Origin: Methanogenium sp.
GTDB taxonomy: Archaea; Halobacteriota; Methanomicrobia; Methanomicrobiales; Methanomicrobiaceae
NCBI GenBank assembly: GCA_030595665.1
Contig: JAUVCV010000009.1
Coordinates: 27,724-59,723 of the forward strand
Direction: 5' to 3'
DNA: 32,000 nt
Made by a program: the position numbers and the translations under genes. The notes under the pieces were generated by a model. That model was not told the DNA's origin and ran no database searches. It was given only the letters and a program-made list of their open reading frames with translations. Positions 8,013-17,332 of this stretch are shown here, piece after piece (positions within the stretch are counted from its first letter, which is position 1; each line of letters starts with the position of its first letter).

Positions 8013-8996
8013 ATGGAATCGTTTGGAAAAATACGAGAACAAGTGTATGAACTCACCGGGTTTGTGAATGTGCAGGAGATTAGGGAAGGCTATTCAGACG
8101 AGCGAAAATATCTGCTCACCCCGCACGGAGACGAAAAATATCTGCTGCGGATCACCGAACCGGCCAATGAAGATATCATACAGAGAAAAAGGGCTGAATT
8201 TGACGTAATCCGGAACCTCAGAAGATATTCTGATAAAATCCCGGATGCAAAATATTTCGGAATATCCAAAGACAATGATCTATGTTTCATGATTTTAAGC
8301 TTCATTGAAGGGGTAAATGCAGAACAATGTCTGCCAGATTTTTGTGATGATATGCAGAATATGATTGGTGTCTCCGCCGGGAAAGAACTGAAAAAAATGC
8401 ATTCCCTGAAGGCACCTGCATGGTATCAGGGATGGTACGAAACAAAAAAACGGAAATACGCATATTATTTGCGGGCACTCAGGGAATGTAACCTGAAAAC
8501 CGAAGGCATTGATCTGGATGCAATCATCACGTATGTCGAATCCGGGATGGATCTCATGAAAAATGTCGAATCTTCATTTCAGCACGATGATTTCCATCCG
8601 GGTAATATCATTGTCAATAATGAAGAATTTGGCGGCGTGATTGATTTCAATCGTTATGGCTGGGGTGATCCCGTACATGAGTTTTATAAAACGGCACATT
8701 TTTCACGCAGTGTCAGCGTTCCGTTTTCTGTCGGACAGATAGACGGATATACCGGGGGAAACGTCTCAAAAGAGTTCTGGAAAAAATATTCCTTTTATGC
8801 CGCAATGAGCATCGTTCCTGATATGGTATGGTCATACCGATACTCCGTCCGGACAGGCACCACAGAGCAGATCCAACGATCGCAAAAGAGAATTCAATTG
8901 ATCGTATGTGATCACGATGGCTTTGAACAGGAAATTCCCCTCTGGTATGAAGAATACAGGGATGCCGGGAATTTTTCATCAGGGCCATCTCTCTAA
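8013..8996 (+). CDS. Aminoglycoside-phosphotransferase (APH)/choline-kinase-family small-molecule kinase
   Basis: 327-aa ORF with ATG start. It has the catalytic loop HDDFHPGNIIV (HxDxxxxN) and the metal-binding segment VIDFNRYGWGDPVHEF typical of the APH fold. Hand counts on two 60-nt lines give about 33-42% GC, clearly lower than the neighbours. Confidence 0.7.
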   Translation: MESFGKIREQVYELTGFVNVQEIREGYSDERKYLLTPHGDEKYLLRITEPANEDIIQRKRAEFDVIRNLRRYSDKIPDAKYFGISKDNDLCFMILSFIEGVNAEQCLPDFCDDMQNMIGVSAGKELKKMHSLKAPAWYQGWYETKKRKYAYYLRALRECNLKTEGIDLDAIITYVESGMDLMKNVESSFQHDDFHPGNIIVNNEEFGGVIDFNRYGWGDPVHEFYKTAHFSRSVSVPFSVGQIDGYTGGNVSKEFWKKYSFYAAMSIVPDMVWSYRYSVRTGTTEQIQRSQKRIQLIVCDHDGFEQEIPLWYEEYRDAGNFSSGPSL

Positions 8997-9017
8997 ACGC
9001 TGCCGTTTATCAGATGA

Positions 9018-9053
9018 TTCACTGATTTGTCTCCCTACCCGTATCAGTGAATT
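9018..9053. terminator. Perfect 10-bp inverted repeat between convergent genes (candidate bidirectional terminator hairpin)
   Basis: ATTCACTGAT (9018-9027) pairs with ATCAGTGAAT (9044-9053) across a 16-nt loop, followed by a T-rich stretch. It sits between the APH stop (8996) and the thiD stop (9087). Confidence 0.4.
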
Positions 9054-9086
9054 TGGTTTGGATAAAAAATATCTGGCGATTATATG

Positions 9087-9908
9087 TTATCTCTTGTGGA
9101 CGAACATCCCCGGAACAATCCCGCCGGGATTTACCATTTGTCTCCCTGAAAGGGCGGGCACAGCATCCCGGATGGCGCGGGAAACAAACACCTTCCCCTC
9201 ACGGCATGCATCCGGCAGGGTGTCGCCCCGCACCAGATATGCAGTGATTGCAGCAGCAAGACAGCACCCGGAGCCATGCACTTCATAGGGATAACGCGGG
9301 CCGTCAATGACAAACCATTCATCAGAACTGAGGAACACATCCGGGGAAGTCTCACTCTCTGCCGCGAGATGTCCACCTTTGATGAGTACCGCATCCGCTC
9401 CCATGGCAAGAACATCTCTTCCGGCGTCAGTCATCTCATCAATGGTTGTGATCGTCTTCCTGCCCGTGAGGGCACATAACTCAGGGATATTCGGGGTGAC
9501 GAGTGCGGCGCGGGGTATAAGGAGATCACACAGAGCGGACAGGCTTTCAGGAGTTGAAAGACGCTTTCCGGATGTGGCAATCATCACCGGATCGACGACA
9601 AGAGAGATCTCTTTTGGGAGATTCTCTGCAACCGTCATTATTGTTGCTGCGTCCGGCAGCATACCGGTTTTGACAGCATGGATGGCAAAGTCCTGAAACA
9701 CCGCTTCCATCTGGCAGGTGAGCGTATGCGTATCAACCGCGAGACTGGAGAGGACGTCACAGGTATTCTGTGCCGTAACTGCTGTTATCACCGTACAACC
9801 CCACACCCCGAGGGCGGAAAATGTCTTGAGATCTGCCTGAATCCCGGCTCCCCCGCCGGAATCAGAACCGGCAATTGTACAGGCGCAGGGTATGTGCGGT
9901 TGTTCCAT
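9087..9908 (-). CDS. thiD: Hydroxymethylpyrimidine/phosphomethylpyrimidine kinase
   Basis: 273 aa. The N-terminal signature TIAGSDSGGGAGIQADLKTFSALGVWG...VITAVTAQNT and the C-terminal GSGCCLAAAITA are characteristic of ThiD (ribokinase fold). No ThiN fusion. Confidence 0.9.
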   Translation of the reverse strand: MEQPHIPCACTIAGSDSGGGAGIQADLKTFSALGVWGCTVITAVTAQNTCDVLSSLAVDTHTLTCQMEAVFQDFAIHAVKTGMLPDAATIMTVAENLPKEISLVVDPVMIATSGKRLSTPESLSALCDLLIPRAALVTPNIPELCALTGRKTITTIDEMTDAGRDVLAMGADAVLIKGGHLAAESETSPDVFLSSDEWFVIDGPRYPYEVHGSGCCLAAAITAYLVRGDTLPDACREGKVFVSRAIRDAVPALSGRQMVNPGGIVPGMFVHKR

Positions 9909-9982
9909 GTCAAAAGTATTTGGCCCTTATCTGATTGAAACGTTATGCCGGTTTTAAGTGGCGTGGTGGACAACATTCATCT

Positions 9983-11314
9983 ATGGATATTGAAGAGCTG
10001 ACACGGCGATGCCTAACAGCTGGAACGGATGAAGAAACCTGTGCCCATCATCTCCGGGATCAGATTCTCACGATGAAGCCAAATGTTTCATCTGAATATG
10101 CGCTCTCAATGGCCCGTGCAGTTGTTGAAGAAGTAATAAACAGCAACCGGGCTGAATCGGATCTGATTGCCTATACCAAAGCCGATGTGACCATGGGTGA
10201 ATTTGGTGTCGGCTCCCGTGGTGCCGGAGATTTCTTTGCACACCGGCAGTTCCCGAAAATAATCGGCAGCACCGATGCATCTGTCGGCGTCGATGAGATG
10301 GACGATGCAGGTGCTGTTGAAGCTGGCGGGAAATATATTATTACCACCGTCGACGGCATGCATTCACGTCTCTCCGATTTCCCCTTCCTTGCAGGATTCC
10401 ATGTCACCCGTGCCACCCTGCGGGATGTCTATGTGATGGGTGCAAAACCCGTTGCCATGCTCTCCGACATCCATGTCGGGGATGACGGCGATGTCGCAAA
10501 AATATTTGATTACACCGCAGGCATCTCCGTTGTCAGTGAAGCCATGGGTATCCCGCTTGTGACGGGGTCAACACTGAGAATCGGGGGCGACATGGTTTTG
10601 GGAAGCAGAATGACCGGATGTGTCGGCGCTGTTGGTGTTGCCGATCATCTCACCGCACGGGTGGCAACACAGCCCGGCGACTGCATCCTGATGACGACAG
10701 GGGCAGGCGGCGGCACTATCGCAACGGCAGCAATATACTCAGGCTTCCCCGATGTTGTGGAGCGGACAATCAACCTCTCGTTCCTTCGTGCCTGTGAAGC
10801 ACTCCTGAAAAGTGACGTTCTCCCCCGTATCCACACCATGACCGATGTGACAAACGGCGGTCTGCGTGGGGATGCGTATGAGATGGCAGAGACGGCCGGG
10901 TGCACCATCGTCATTGTTGAAGATGACCTCAGGACTCTTGTTGACCCGGAAGTCCTGAAGATGCTTGACGCCCTGGAAATTGATTACCTGGGCGTATCCC
11001 TTGATGCACTCTTAGTAGTGACACGGCCAGAGGATGCAGATGCAGTCATTGACGTGGTGCAGTCCACCGGCGTTACCATGAAGAAGATAGGATATGTCAC
11101 CGAAGGACCGGGAGAAGCGAAACTCATCACCAATGGTGAGATGACAGACTTCATTCCACGGTTCCGTGAATCGGCATACACCCCGGTGAAAAAAGTCGTT
11201 GACACCACACCTCATGATGACTTTGAAGAGATGAAAAAACGGGTGGCACGTGCAGGAGATGCCGCACGGGATAAAAAAGAGAGAGTGCTCGCGTCTCTCA
11301 GACGAACAGAATAA
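9983..11314 (+). CDS. PurM/AIR-synthase-superfamily ATP-binding protein (selenophosphate-synthetase-related, COG2144-like)
   Basis: Superfamily motifs DDAGAVEAGGKYIITTVDGMHS and GAKPVAMLSDIHVGD. The track ORF starts at TTG 9935; the ATG at 9983 (MDIEELTRRC) is preferred. Confidence 0.6.
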   Translation: MDIEELTRRCLTAGTDEETCAHHLRDQILTMKPNVSSEYALSMARAVVEEVINSNRAESDLIAYTKADVTMGEFGVGSRGAGDFFAHRQFPKIIGSTDASVGVDEMDDAGAVEAGGKYIITTVDGMHSRLSDFPFLAGFHVTRATLRDVYVMGAKPVAMLSDIHVGDDGDVAKIFDYTAGISVVSEAMGIPLVTGSTLRIGGDMVLGSRMTGCVGAVGVADHLTARVATQPGDCILMTTGAGGGTIATAAIYSGFPDVVERTINLSFLRACEALLKSDVLPRIHTMTDVTNGGLRGDAYEMAETAGCTIVIVEDDLRTLVDPEVLKMLDALEIDYLGVSLDALLVVTRPEDADAVIDVVQSTGVTMKKIGYVTEGPGEAKLITNGEMTDFIPRFRESAYTPVKKVVDTTPHDDFEEMKKRVARAGDAARDKKERVLASLRRTE

Positions 11315-11316
11315 TG

Positions 11317-12321
11317 TTATTCTGCCGAAAATACATTTTTTACAATACCTGAGAGAAAGGCATCCATCTGGATATATTCATTGCCTGCATCCCGCATCAT
11401 CATATCAGCGTCAGCAATGGCGACCGTAATACGGGGATCATTGTATTCCTGTTTTCGGGCCCGCGAGAGTTCGTCTAAGACTTCCGGGCCGGAAAGGCCG
11501 TATTCAAGCATCATAATTTCAATGACCGATTTTGCCTTCTCTATGTCCCCGTTCCGGAGAATCCGGAAGATGGACCGAGCAATATTACCGGTCTCTGATT
11601 CAAGATACTCATCAAATCCGCCTTCAATCCGGGTGTCGCAGTCCATCTGGGAGAAGAGAATGGCCTTTCGTGCATCTCCCCTGGCGGCAGCGGCGATTAA
11701 CTCAATTTCATCCCGGTCAAACGCGGTCTCAGGCACCTCTTCTTTTTCGAGAATTTCTGTCATCAGTGAGAGTATGGTCTCATCAGACAGCGGCCGGAAG
11801 AAAAGAGGCAGGGCACGTGAGGTGATGGCAGGGATGATTGCACTCTGGGTCCGTGTAATAAAGATGAACCGGCATGTCCCGGAATACCGTTCCATCATTC
11901 TCCTGAGTGCCTGCTGCGCCTCAAATGTCAGGGATTCCGCTTCATCAAACACCATCAGTTTGAATTCTGCATCCAGCGGTTTCACCGAGGCAAACCAGCG
12001 CACGATATACTTGAAATTTGATATTACGCTGGCCTCTTTTTTATAGAGATGGGAAAATTTCTCCTCATTTTCCAGATAGGCTCTGCCCCCGCGGAAGAGT
12101 GCCCCGGTCTGGATGATGGTCATATTCTCCTTCCAGAAATCGCCATACAATGACTTTGCGATGCATTCAACAGCCACACTCTTTCCGGTACCGTGGCGGC
12201 CGCTAATCAGAAGATGCGGCAGCATATTGTCTGCAGAAAAGGCCTTTATCATCGCAATGACGGCATCCTGTCCCTTTATTTCATCAAATGTCCGGGGGCG
12301 GTATTTTTCAATCCATAGCAT
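11317..12321 (-). CDS. Divergent replication factor C small-subunit-like AAA+ protein (second RFC-small paralog, RfcS2-type)
   Basis: MLWIEKYRPRTFDEIKGQD (RFC box II), Walker A GRHGTGKS, Walker B VFDEAES, and TSRA in place of SRC. It is collinear with the canonical RfcS at 20687..21658. The ATG at 12319-12321 is preferred over the track start 12387, which would run through the upstream gene. Confidence 0.75.
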   Translation of the reverse strand: MLWIEKYRPRTFDEIKGQDAVIAMIKAFSADNMLPHLLISGRHGTGKSVAVECIAKSLYGDFWKENMTIIQTGALFRGGRAYLENEEKFSHLYKKEASVISNFKYIVRWFASVKPLDAEFKLMVFDEAESLTFEAQQALRRMMERYSGTCRFIFITRTQSAIIPAITSRALPLFFRPLSDETILSLMTEILEKEEVPETAFDRDEIELIAAAARGDARKAILFSQMDCDTRIEGGFDEYLESETGNIARSIFRILRNGDIEKAKSVIEIMMLEYGLSGPEVLDELSRARKQEYNDPRITVAIADADMMMRDAGNEYIQMDAFLSGIVKNVFSAE

Positions 12322-13039
12322 CGGTGAGTGTCTCCTGCATGGTCTGCAATGCGGCGTAAAGAAGGCGATGATTGTCATGGTCTGCAATCAGCTGTTCCCC
12401 TGTCTCAGGGTTTTGCTCCCTGCACGCCCGGGTAATATTCGGCAGTGCCCGTGTCAGTTCATCAACAATTGTCAGTGTTGCAGTCTGGGCGGTGCGGGAG
12501 AGGGGATTGAGGTCAATTGTTATGACCGTCTTCCCCATCGCGACAAGTGCTTCACACCGGTCCCCGTCTTCGAGGGGCACGAGTACCACATCGGCCGCAT
12601 AGATGCCGTCTCTCAGGCAGAGTGCCCGGTCGTGGGAAAGGGGAAGGAGACGTTCTGCGGTTCCTTCAAGAACGGTTACTCCGTTTGCTTTCAGGTGTGC
12701 GGTGATGGTCTCCATCCGAACGTCCGTCCGGTGAAACAGATTTATTTCCACTGCGGCACCGGATGCCTCCGCAAGGTCCCGGATTTCTGCTGCTGCAAGA
12801 GCTGCGGTGTTCCCGTTTACGGATATGACCGTTCGGAAGCCTGCCAGAAGGAATGCAGCAGCGGTTTTTTCAGCACGTTTTGCAGATGCTGATGACTTTT
12901 CTCCCAGGAGATAGTCAAATGCCTCTCCTCTGCCATGCGCACTTGCTCCTTCAATTACCACCATGCCGGAACGGACGCCGTCTGCAATCCGTTCGCGTGC
13001 CATGAGCGATCGGTACCGGGGATGATCTTCGGGTATCAT
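12308..13039 (-). CDS. Archaeal 4-phosphopantoate--beta-alanine ligase (phosphopantothenate synthetase, PPS; COG1701/DUF137 family)
   Basis: 243 aa. HPRYRSLMxRERI...GRGEAFDYLLGE...ISVNGNTAAL matches the remembered family pattern. It sits directly downstream of pantoate kinase and coaBC with an ATGA-type overlap. Confidence 0.75.
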   Translation of the reverse strand: MIPEDHPRYRSLMARERIADGVRSGMVVIEGASAHGRGEAFDYLLGEKSSASAKRAEKTAAAFLLAGFRTVISVNGNTAALAAAEIRDLAEASGAAVEINLFHRTDVRMETITAHLKANGVTVLEGTAERLLPLSHDRALCLRDGIYAADVVLVPLEDGDRCEALVAMGKTVITIDLNPLSRTAQTATLTIVDELTRALPNITRACREQNPETGEQLIADHDNHRLLYAALQTMQETLTDAMD

Positions 13040-13899
13040 TTTATCACGTCAATTAGTCTGAACCCTTCTTCTGCCACATGCAGTTCCAGGGGTATTCCAT
13101 ATTCAGATAGTACAGAGAACGATATGTCGCCAAGGGCAAAAACACCCTTCCCAAGCATGGTCATGGATGCAGGAATTCCTTTATCATCACATGCCTGTAA
13201 TATCGGCCGGATTTCATCCGGTATCATTCCGCTTTTTTCAGCAAACGTTCGTGCTGTGCGGAAAAATTCCTCCGGGCTTTCGGCACATCCGGCCGCATAT
13301 GCCTCTTTGACACGGGCCATCTGTACGGGAGAGGTGATGACATCAGCGGTGTTTAATCCGCCAAAGCTCAGTGCAGAGATGCAGACGCCGTCACCCTTCA
13401 TCCGGATTATGTCAGCAGTAATGCCGGGATGGTTCCTGCAGACAATACCACCTCCGGTGCATGCCGCGACATCCCCCAGTCCGGTCTGGTACTCCAGTTC
13501 GGAGAGATGGGCAAGTCGGGCAATGGCATTGTCGGTGAGCCCGGTTTCAAAGAGTGCGTTTGCTGCAGCAAGCGTTGCGAGAAGTGCTGCAGCAGAGAGT
13601 CCAAACCCGGCACCCGGCGGGAGAGACGTCACCGTCTTCACCGCTGCGGTCACACCGAGGTTCTTCAGCGCATACTCAATGGGCGGGGATGAATACGCAA
13701 TACAGGTTTCTTCACCCGGATTGTGCTCCACACAGATGGATACCGTCGTTGTGTCAGCAGGCGTTACCACCGCGTGCACTCCTTTGTCAATCACAATACC
13801 CCCGCCGCAGCTCCCGGTGGTATCCGGGCCATCCCCGTCAACTCTCCGGAAATACCCCGAGATATGGCCGGGTGAAAAGCCTATAGCAGATTTTGCCAT
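13036..13899 (-). CDS. Archaeal pantoate kinase (PoK; GHMP-kinase superfamily, COG1829)
   Basis: 287 aa. It has the N-terminal PGHISGYF and the GHMP motif PPGAGFGLSAAALLA. Operon context with coaBC and PPS. Confidence 0.75.
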   Translation of the reverse strand: MAKSAIGFSPGHISGYFRRVDGDGPDTTGSCGGGIVIDKGVHAVVTPADTTTVSICVEHNPGEETCIAYSSPPIEYALKNLGVTAAVKTVTSLPPGAGFGLSAAALLATLAAANALFETGLTDNAIARLAHLSELEYQTGLGDVAACTGGGIVCRNHPGITADIIRMKGDGVCISALSFGGLNTADVITSPVQMARVKEAYAAGCAESPEEFFRTARTFAEKSGMIPDEIRPILQACDDKGIPASMTMLGKGVFALGDISFSVLSEYGIPLELHVAEEGFRLIDVIK

Positions 13900-15035
13900 A
13901 GAATTTCTGCTACCTCTGCTTTTGTTCCTTCTGCGTGCACAGAACGGTCTCTGGTAATGAGTTCGTATGCACCGGCATCCGCTCCGAGTGCATCCGGGGT
14001 GTTGGCGGCAACAAGATCAGCACCTGTATCAAGCAGGTTCCGGGCTTCTTCCCTGCTGTTCCATCCCAGCTTAAACCCGACAATTGTTTTCGGCCGGTTC
14101 TCTGCATGCATTACGTCCTGAATGATTTTGGGCTGTGGTAAGAGGTCAATTGTTATGGTCTCGCCGCTGGGGATTTTCCCCTCATATGGTTCCGGTGCGA
14201 AATCGGAAATTGCAGCCGCACTGATATAATAATCAAATATTTGTTCTGCACAAAGAGAGCGGATGCATTCCCGCATTTCACCGGCAGATTCTGCATGAAC
14301 ATTACGCACATGGGGTATGGCAGTGGTATCTCCATGCACCATCCATACCTCTGCACCCAGGCGGGAGGCTTCCCGTGCCAGTTCATATCCCATCTTTCCG
14401 GTAGACCGTGTGGTCAGTATCCGGACATCATCCAGCCGTTCGCGGCAGGGCCCGCTCGTTATAAGAACCGTTTTTCCTGCAAGAGGCAGGCCGGACAGTG
14501 CTCTTTCTGTTTCATGGACGATGGTTGCGGTATCTGCAATTTTTGCCTTGCCTTCTTCAATGCGGGGGTCAACGATGGTGATTCCCCACGTCCTGAGAGT
14601 TTCAAGGCAGGCACAGACACCCGGGTGGCGGTACATACTCTCGTGCATCGCCGGCACCAGAACAACCGGCATTCCCCTTCCGATGGCAGTGGTTGCAAAG
14701 GTTGTTACCGGCGTGTCGTCGATGCCATGGGCAATCTTGCAGATGGTGTTCGCCGTTGCCGGTGCGATTAACAGGAGAGAAGCCCTCCCCCCGTCACCGC
14801 AGTAGGTGACATGCTCGACCAGTCCCCCACACCGGGAGAGGGTCACGTTTCCCGTTGCGTAGGTGATGGCGTCAGGGTTGAGGATACCACAGGCAGCACT
14901 GGTCATCACTCCCTGCACATCGGCCCCTGAGCGCCGGAGTGCATGGGCAAGTTTTACACAATCAACCGCGGCAATGCTTCCCGTTATGCCCAAAACAATA
15001 TTTTTTCCTGCAAGGGTTGTGCGTATCGTATTCAT
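13881..15035 (-). CDS. coaBC: Bifunctional phosphopantothenoylcysteine decarboxylase / phosphopantothenate--cysteine ligase
   Basis: 384 aa. The N-terminal flavoprotein motif is KNIVLGITGSIAAVDCVKLAHALRRSGADV. The CoaB half contains GKTVLITSGPCRERLDDVRILTTRSTGKMG. Confidence 0.9.
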   Translation of the reverse strand: MNTIRTTLAGKNIVLGITGSIAAVDCVKLAHALRRSGADVQGVMTSAACGILNPDAITYATGNVTLSRCGGLVEHVTYCGDGGRASLLLIAPATANTICKIAHGIDDTPVTTFATTAIGRGMPVVLVPAMHESMYRHPGVCACLETLRTWGITIVDPRIEEGKAKIADTATIVHETERALSGLPLAGKTVLITSGPCRERLDDVRILTTRSTGKMGYELAREASRLGAEVWMVHGDTTAIPHVRNVHAESAGEMRECIRSLCAEQIFDYYISAAAISDFAPEPYEGKIPSGETITIDLLPQPKIIQDVMHAENRPKTIVGFKLGWNSREEARNLLDTGADLVAANTPDALGADAGAYELITRDRSVHAEGTKAEVAEILWQNLL

Positions 15036-15916
15036 TGAATCACCACATCATGCACCATGTGCCAGACACCTGGTGCGTACTTTTTGACCCGGTACGGGAT
15101 AATCTCTGTGGCATATCCAGCCTCAGCGCAGCACCGGGAGATTTTTTCTGACTGCTCTCCCACCGTGTGGACGGAGAGCACCGTCCCCGGCCGTACATGG
15201 GCACAGGCATCGGACAAAAACACGGGTGCATCAAAATGGCCCATCAGGATATGGTCGTAGACACCAGAGAGGCAGTCTCTGCAGTCCCCCTGTTCCGGCG
15301 TAACCCTTGACTCAACGCCGTTTGCCGCGATATTTTGTTTCAGATACTGAAATGAATCCGGATTTATCTCCATTGCATGAACCGTTGCACCGTTCACTGC
15401 GGCAGGTATGGTGAAGTATCCAATGCCCGCAAACATATCGGCACAGCGTATCGGACGATTTTTTCCTGATTCCCGGATTAATCCGGAGACCCGTATTTTT
15501 TCCTCACGGTTTCCCATTGCAAACATTACTTTGCAGGGGTCCAGATAAAAAATAAAACCTGCTTCATGGTGGCAGACCTCCCCGCATTCTCCGTAGACAA
15601 GCGTTGCCGTGGGGACTCTTTTTTCTCCGCAGTATCCGGAAATATACACAATCCCCCGCGGATGCACCCAGTCGCAGATACCGGTGATGTCTTTTTGTGT
15701 GGGGGGATTGCCATGCAGGATGGCAACGTCACCTAACATCTGGTATCCCCTCCCGGCATAGGGCATCTTTTCCGCGAGCACCTCATCTGCATCATAGGTC
15801 TCTTTGACCGGGATGAATGCGTCATTTCCTTTGACATACGGGCGGCGGGACGTATCCACCCATTCAGCATTCCTGAGTTCGGGGAGCATATCCCGGGGAT
15901 ATTTCCGCACCCTCAT
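15032..15916 (-). CDS. Trm5/Taw2 (Met-10+/TYW2) family SAM-dependent tRNA-modifying transferase
   Basis: 294 aa. The SAM-binding core is CADMFAGIGYFTIPAAVNGATVHAMEINPDSFQYLKQNI...DHILMG. I cannot separate Trm5 from Taw2 by eye. Confidence 0.65.
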   Translation of the reverse strand: MRVRKYPRDMLPELRNAEWVDTSRRPYVKGNDAFIPVKETYDADEVLAEKMPYAGRGYQMLGDVAILHGNPPTQKDITGICDWVHPRGIVYISGYCGEKRVPTATLVYGECGEVCHHEAGFIFYLDPCKVMFAMGNREEKIRVSGLIRESGKNRPIRCADMFAGIGYFTIPAAVNGATVHAMEINPDSFQYLKQNIAANGVESRVTPEQGDCRDCLSGVYDHILMGHFDAPVFLSDACAHVRPGTVLSVHTVGEQSEKISRCCAEAGYATEIIPYRVKKYAPGVWHMVHDVVIQ

Positions 15917-15919
15917 TGC

Positions 15920-16969
15920 TTATCCTACCAGAACGATTACTTCTTCTTCGCGGTCCCGAAGGAATTTCACCTTTTCATGTGCGACGAGTCTCATCCATTC
16001 GTGTGCCTTTACTTCTTTTATATCGTATGAAACAGGGTCCAGAATGCCTGCAACATCCCGGTCCAGATAGGTAACATCTGCTCTTTCCGCTTCTCTCAGA
16101 TTGCCAATCAGTCGGAATCCGACTCCATTCTCATGCAGGACATTTGATTTGCCTTCACTCAGGTCAAATACCCTGATAAGACCTGAATCAGTTCCTCTGA
16201 CCTCGTAGTATCGTTTATTAAAGCAAATGATGTCGCCGTTCCGGAATTCCGGTAGCCGCAGAAGAATCGTGATACGGTATACTTTTTTCCCGTCCTGCTC
16301 ACCAATCAGTTTCGGATGCCGGGTGATTTTCCCCCCCATCTTGTTTACAATTTCCCGGGAAATGGTATCCCCGAGACTGTGGCTTGAAACAACGATGTCC
16401 ACCCCATCATGAACATCACCAGTCCTGGTGATGAACGAAAGGCGTTCTCCGGCTTCCTGCACGCTGTCTTCAATACTGTAGGCAATTTTGAGAGCCTGTT
16501 CCTTTTCAAACTGATCCGGTTTTCTGCTTAATGCGCGTACCTGAATCGTTGATGCGTAATATCCACCGGATAACCGGCTGCACCGGTCACAGTTCTCTTT
16601 TGTCCAGGCAATGAGTGTTTCAAATGTTTTATAGACTGGTTCTCCGTACAAAATTCCCCGAACAAAGATTGTGCAGTTTGTGCGGTTGGGACTTGTCTCT
16701 CTGGTGCTGATAGCGATTTCCAGGTCCTCTAGATCAGCGTGGACGGCTACTGCATCGTATGCAAGTTCTTCGGTCAGTTTCTGGCGCTCGTATGGTACAT
16801 CCGTCCAGATACTTCCCTTCTTAATCGAACCGCAGGTTGGGCAGATGACGCACTGGATCCGGTTTTCACAGGTGGCCCATTCAACCGACGATCTCATGCA
16901 ATTATTGCAAATACCTTCATTTTCGGTTTTTTCCCCGCATTTTGGGCAAAAATTTTCCTGTATTGTCAT
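15920..16969 (-). CDS. NMD3-family (large ribosomal subunit biogenesis/export factor homolog) protein
   Basis: 349 aa. N-terminal Cys clusters FCPKCGEK...CNNC and CxxCPTCGS, with length and layout typical of archaeal NMD3 (COG1499). Confidence 0.7.
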   Translation of the reverse strand: MTIQENFCPKCGEKTENEGICNNCMRSSVEWATCENRIQCVICPTCGSIKKGSIWTDVPYERQKLTEELAYDAVAVHADLEDLEIAISTRETSPNRTNCTIFVRGILYGEPVYKTFETLIAWTKENCDRCSRLSGGYYASTIQVRALSRKPDQFEKEQALKIAYSIEDSVQEAGERLSFITRTGDVHDGVDIVVSSHSLGDTISREIVNKMGGKITRHPKLIGEQDGKKVYRITILLRLPEFRNGDIICFNKRYYEVRGTDSGLIRVFDLSEGKSNVLHENGVGFRLIGNLREAERADVTYLDRDVAGILDPVSYDIKEVKAHEWMRLVAHEKVKFLRDREEEVIVLVG

Positions 16970-16998
16970 ATGTAGTGTGCTCTCTCTTTTTTATTGGT

Positions 16999-17280
16999 TC
17001 AGTAGATTTGGGCATGGGGGACATTTCCAATCAGCATGTATCCGTTTTTTTCCAGAACGCCACAGTCAACTGCTGCCTGAACTGCTTTTTCCCCGATAAG
17101 GTTGCAGTTTGCTGCGTGCCGGATTACGTCTTTCACCATATCTTCTGAGCAGATAGTGGTGCCGTAGAATGCATCCGTTACGTGTATGGTGATATCCCCG
17201 TCTTTAAGGGTTGTGTTGATAAGTTCGGTGTCACATACCGCAACAATGCCACCTGCCCCTGAACACCGGTGTATCTTCAT
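16999..17280 (-). CDS. DUF424-family small protein
   Basis: MKIHRCSGAGGIVAVCDTELINTTLKDGDITIHVTDAFYG...NLIGEKAVQAAVDCG...IGNVPHAQIY fits the DUF424 pattern (about 93 aa). The track ORF extends to 17562 but would overlap the TatD-like gene. ATG at 17280 (alternative 17286). Confidence 0.6.
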   Translation of the reverse strand: MKIHRCSGAGGIVAVCDTELINTTLKDGDITIHVTDAFYGTTICSEDMVKDVIRHAANCNLIGEKAVQAAVDCGVLEKNGYMLIGNVPHAQIY

Positions 17281-17332
17281 ATACATAGTGTATAGTATTT
17301 GGCAGGAATGGATTAAAAATATGGGGAAAGCG

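Noticed and set aside
7579-8067. Small ORFs 7579..7779 and 7834..8067 in the AT-rich islet
   Set aside because: They have no motifs. The first spans the GC-rich hairpin, and the second overlaps the kinase start out of frame. They are probably noncoding remnant sequence.
9909-9982. TPP riboswitch upstream of thiD
   Set aside because: The 74-nt spacer is too short and lacks the conserved CUGAGA / ACCUGA elements. Such riboswitches are also rare in methanogens.
11381-13957. Long plus-strand ORFs (11381..12046, 12113..12892, 12935..13957; up to 340 aa) opposite the RFC-like, PPS and PoK genes
   Set aside because: Their composition is Ser/Arg/Ala/Pro-rich and low-complexity, typical of antisense frames in GC-rich coding DNA. 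The minus-strand genes have clear family signatures and operon-type overlaps.
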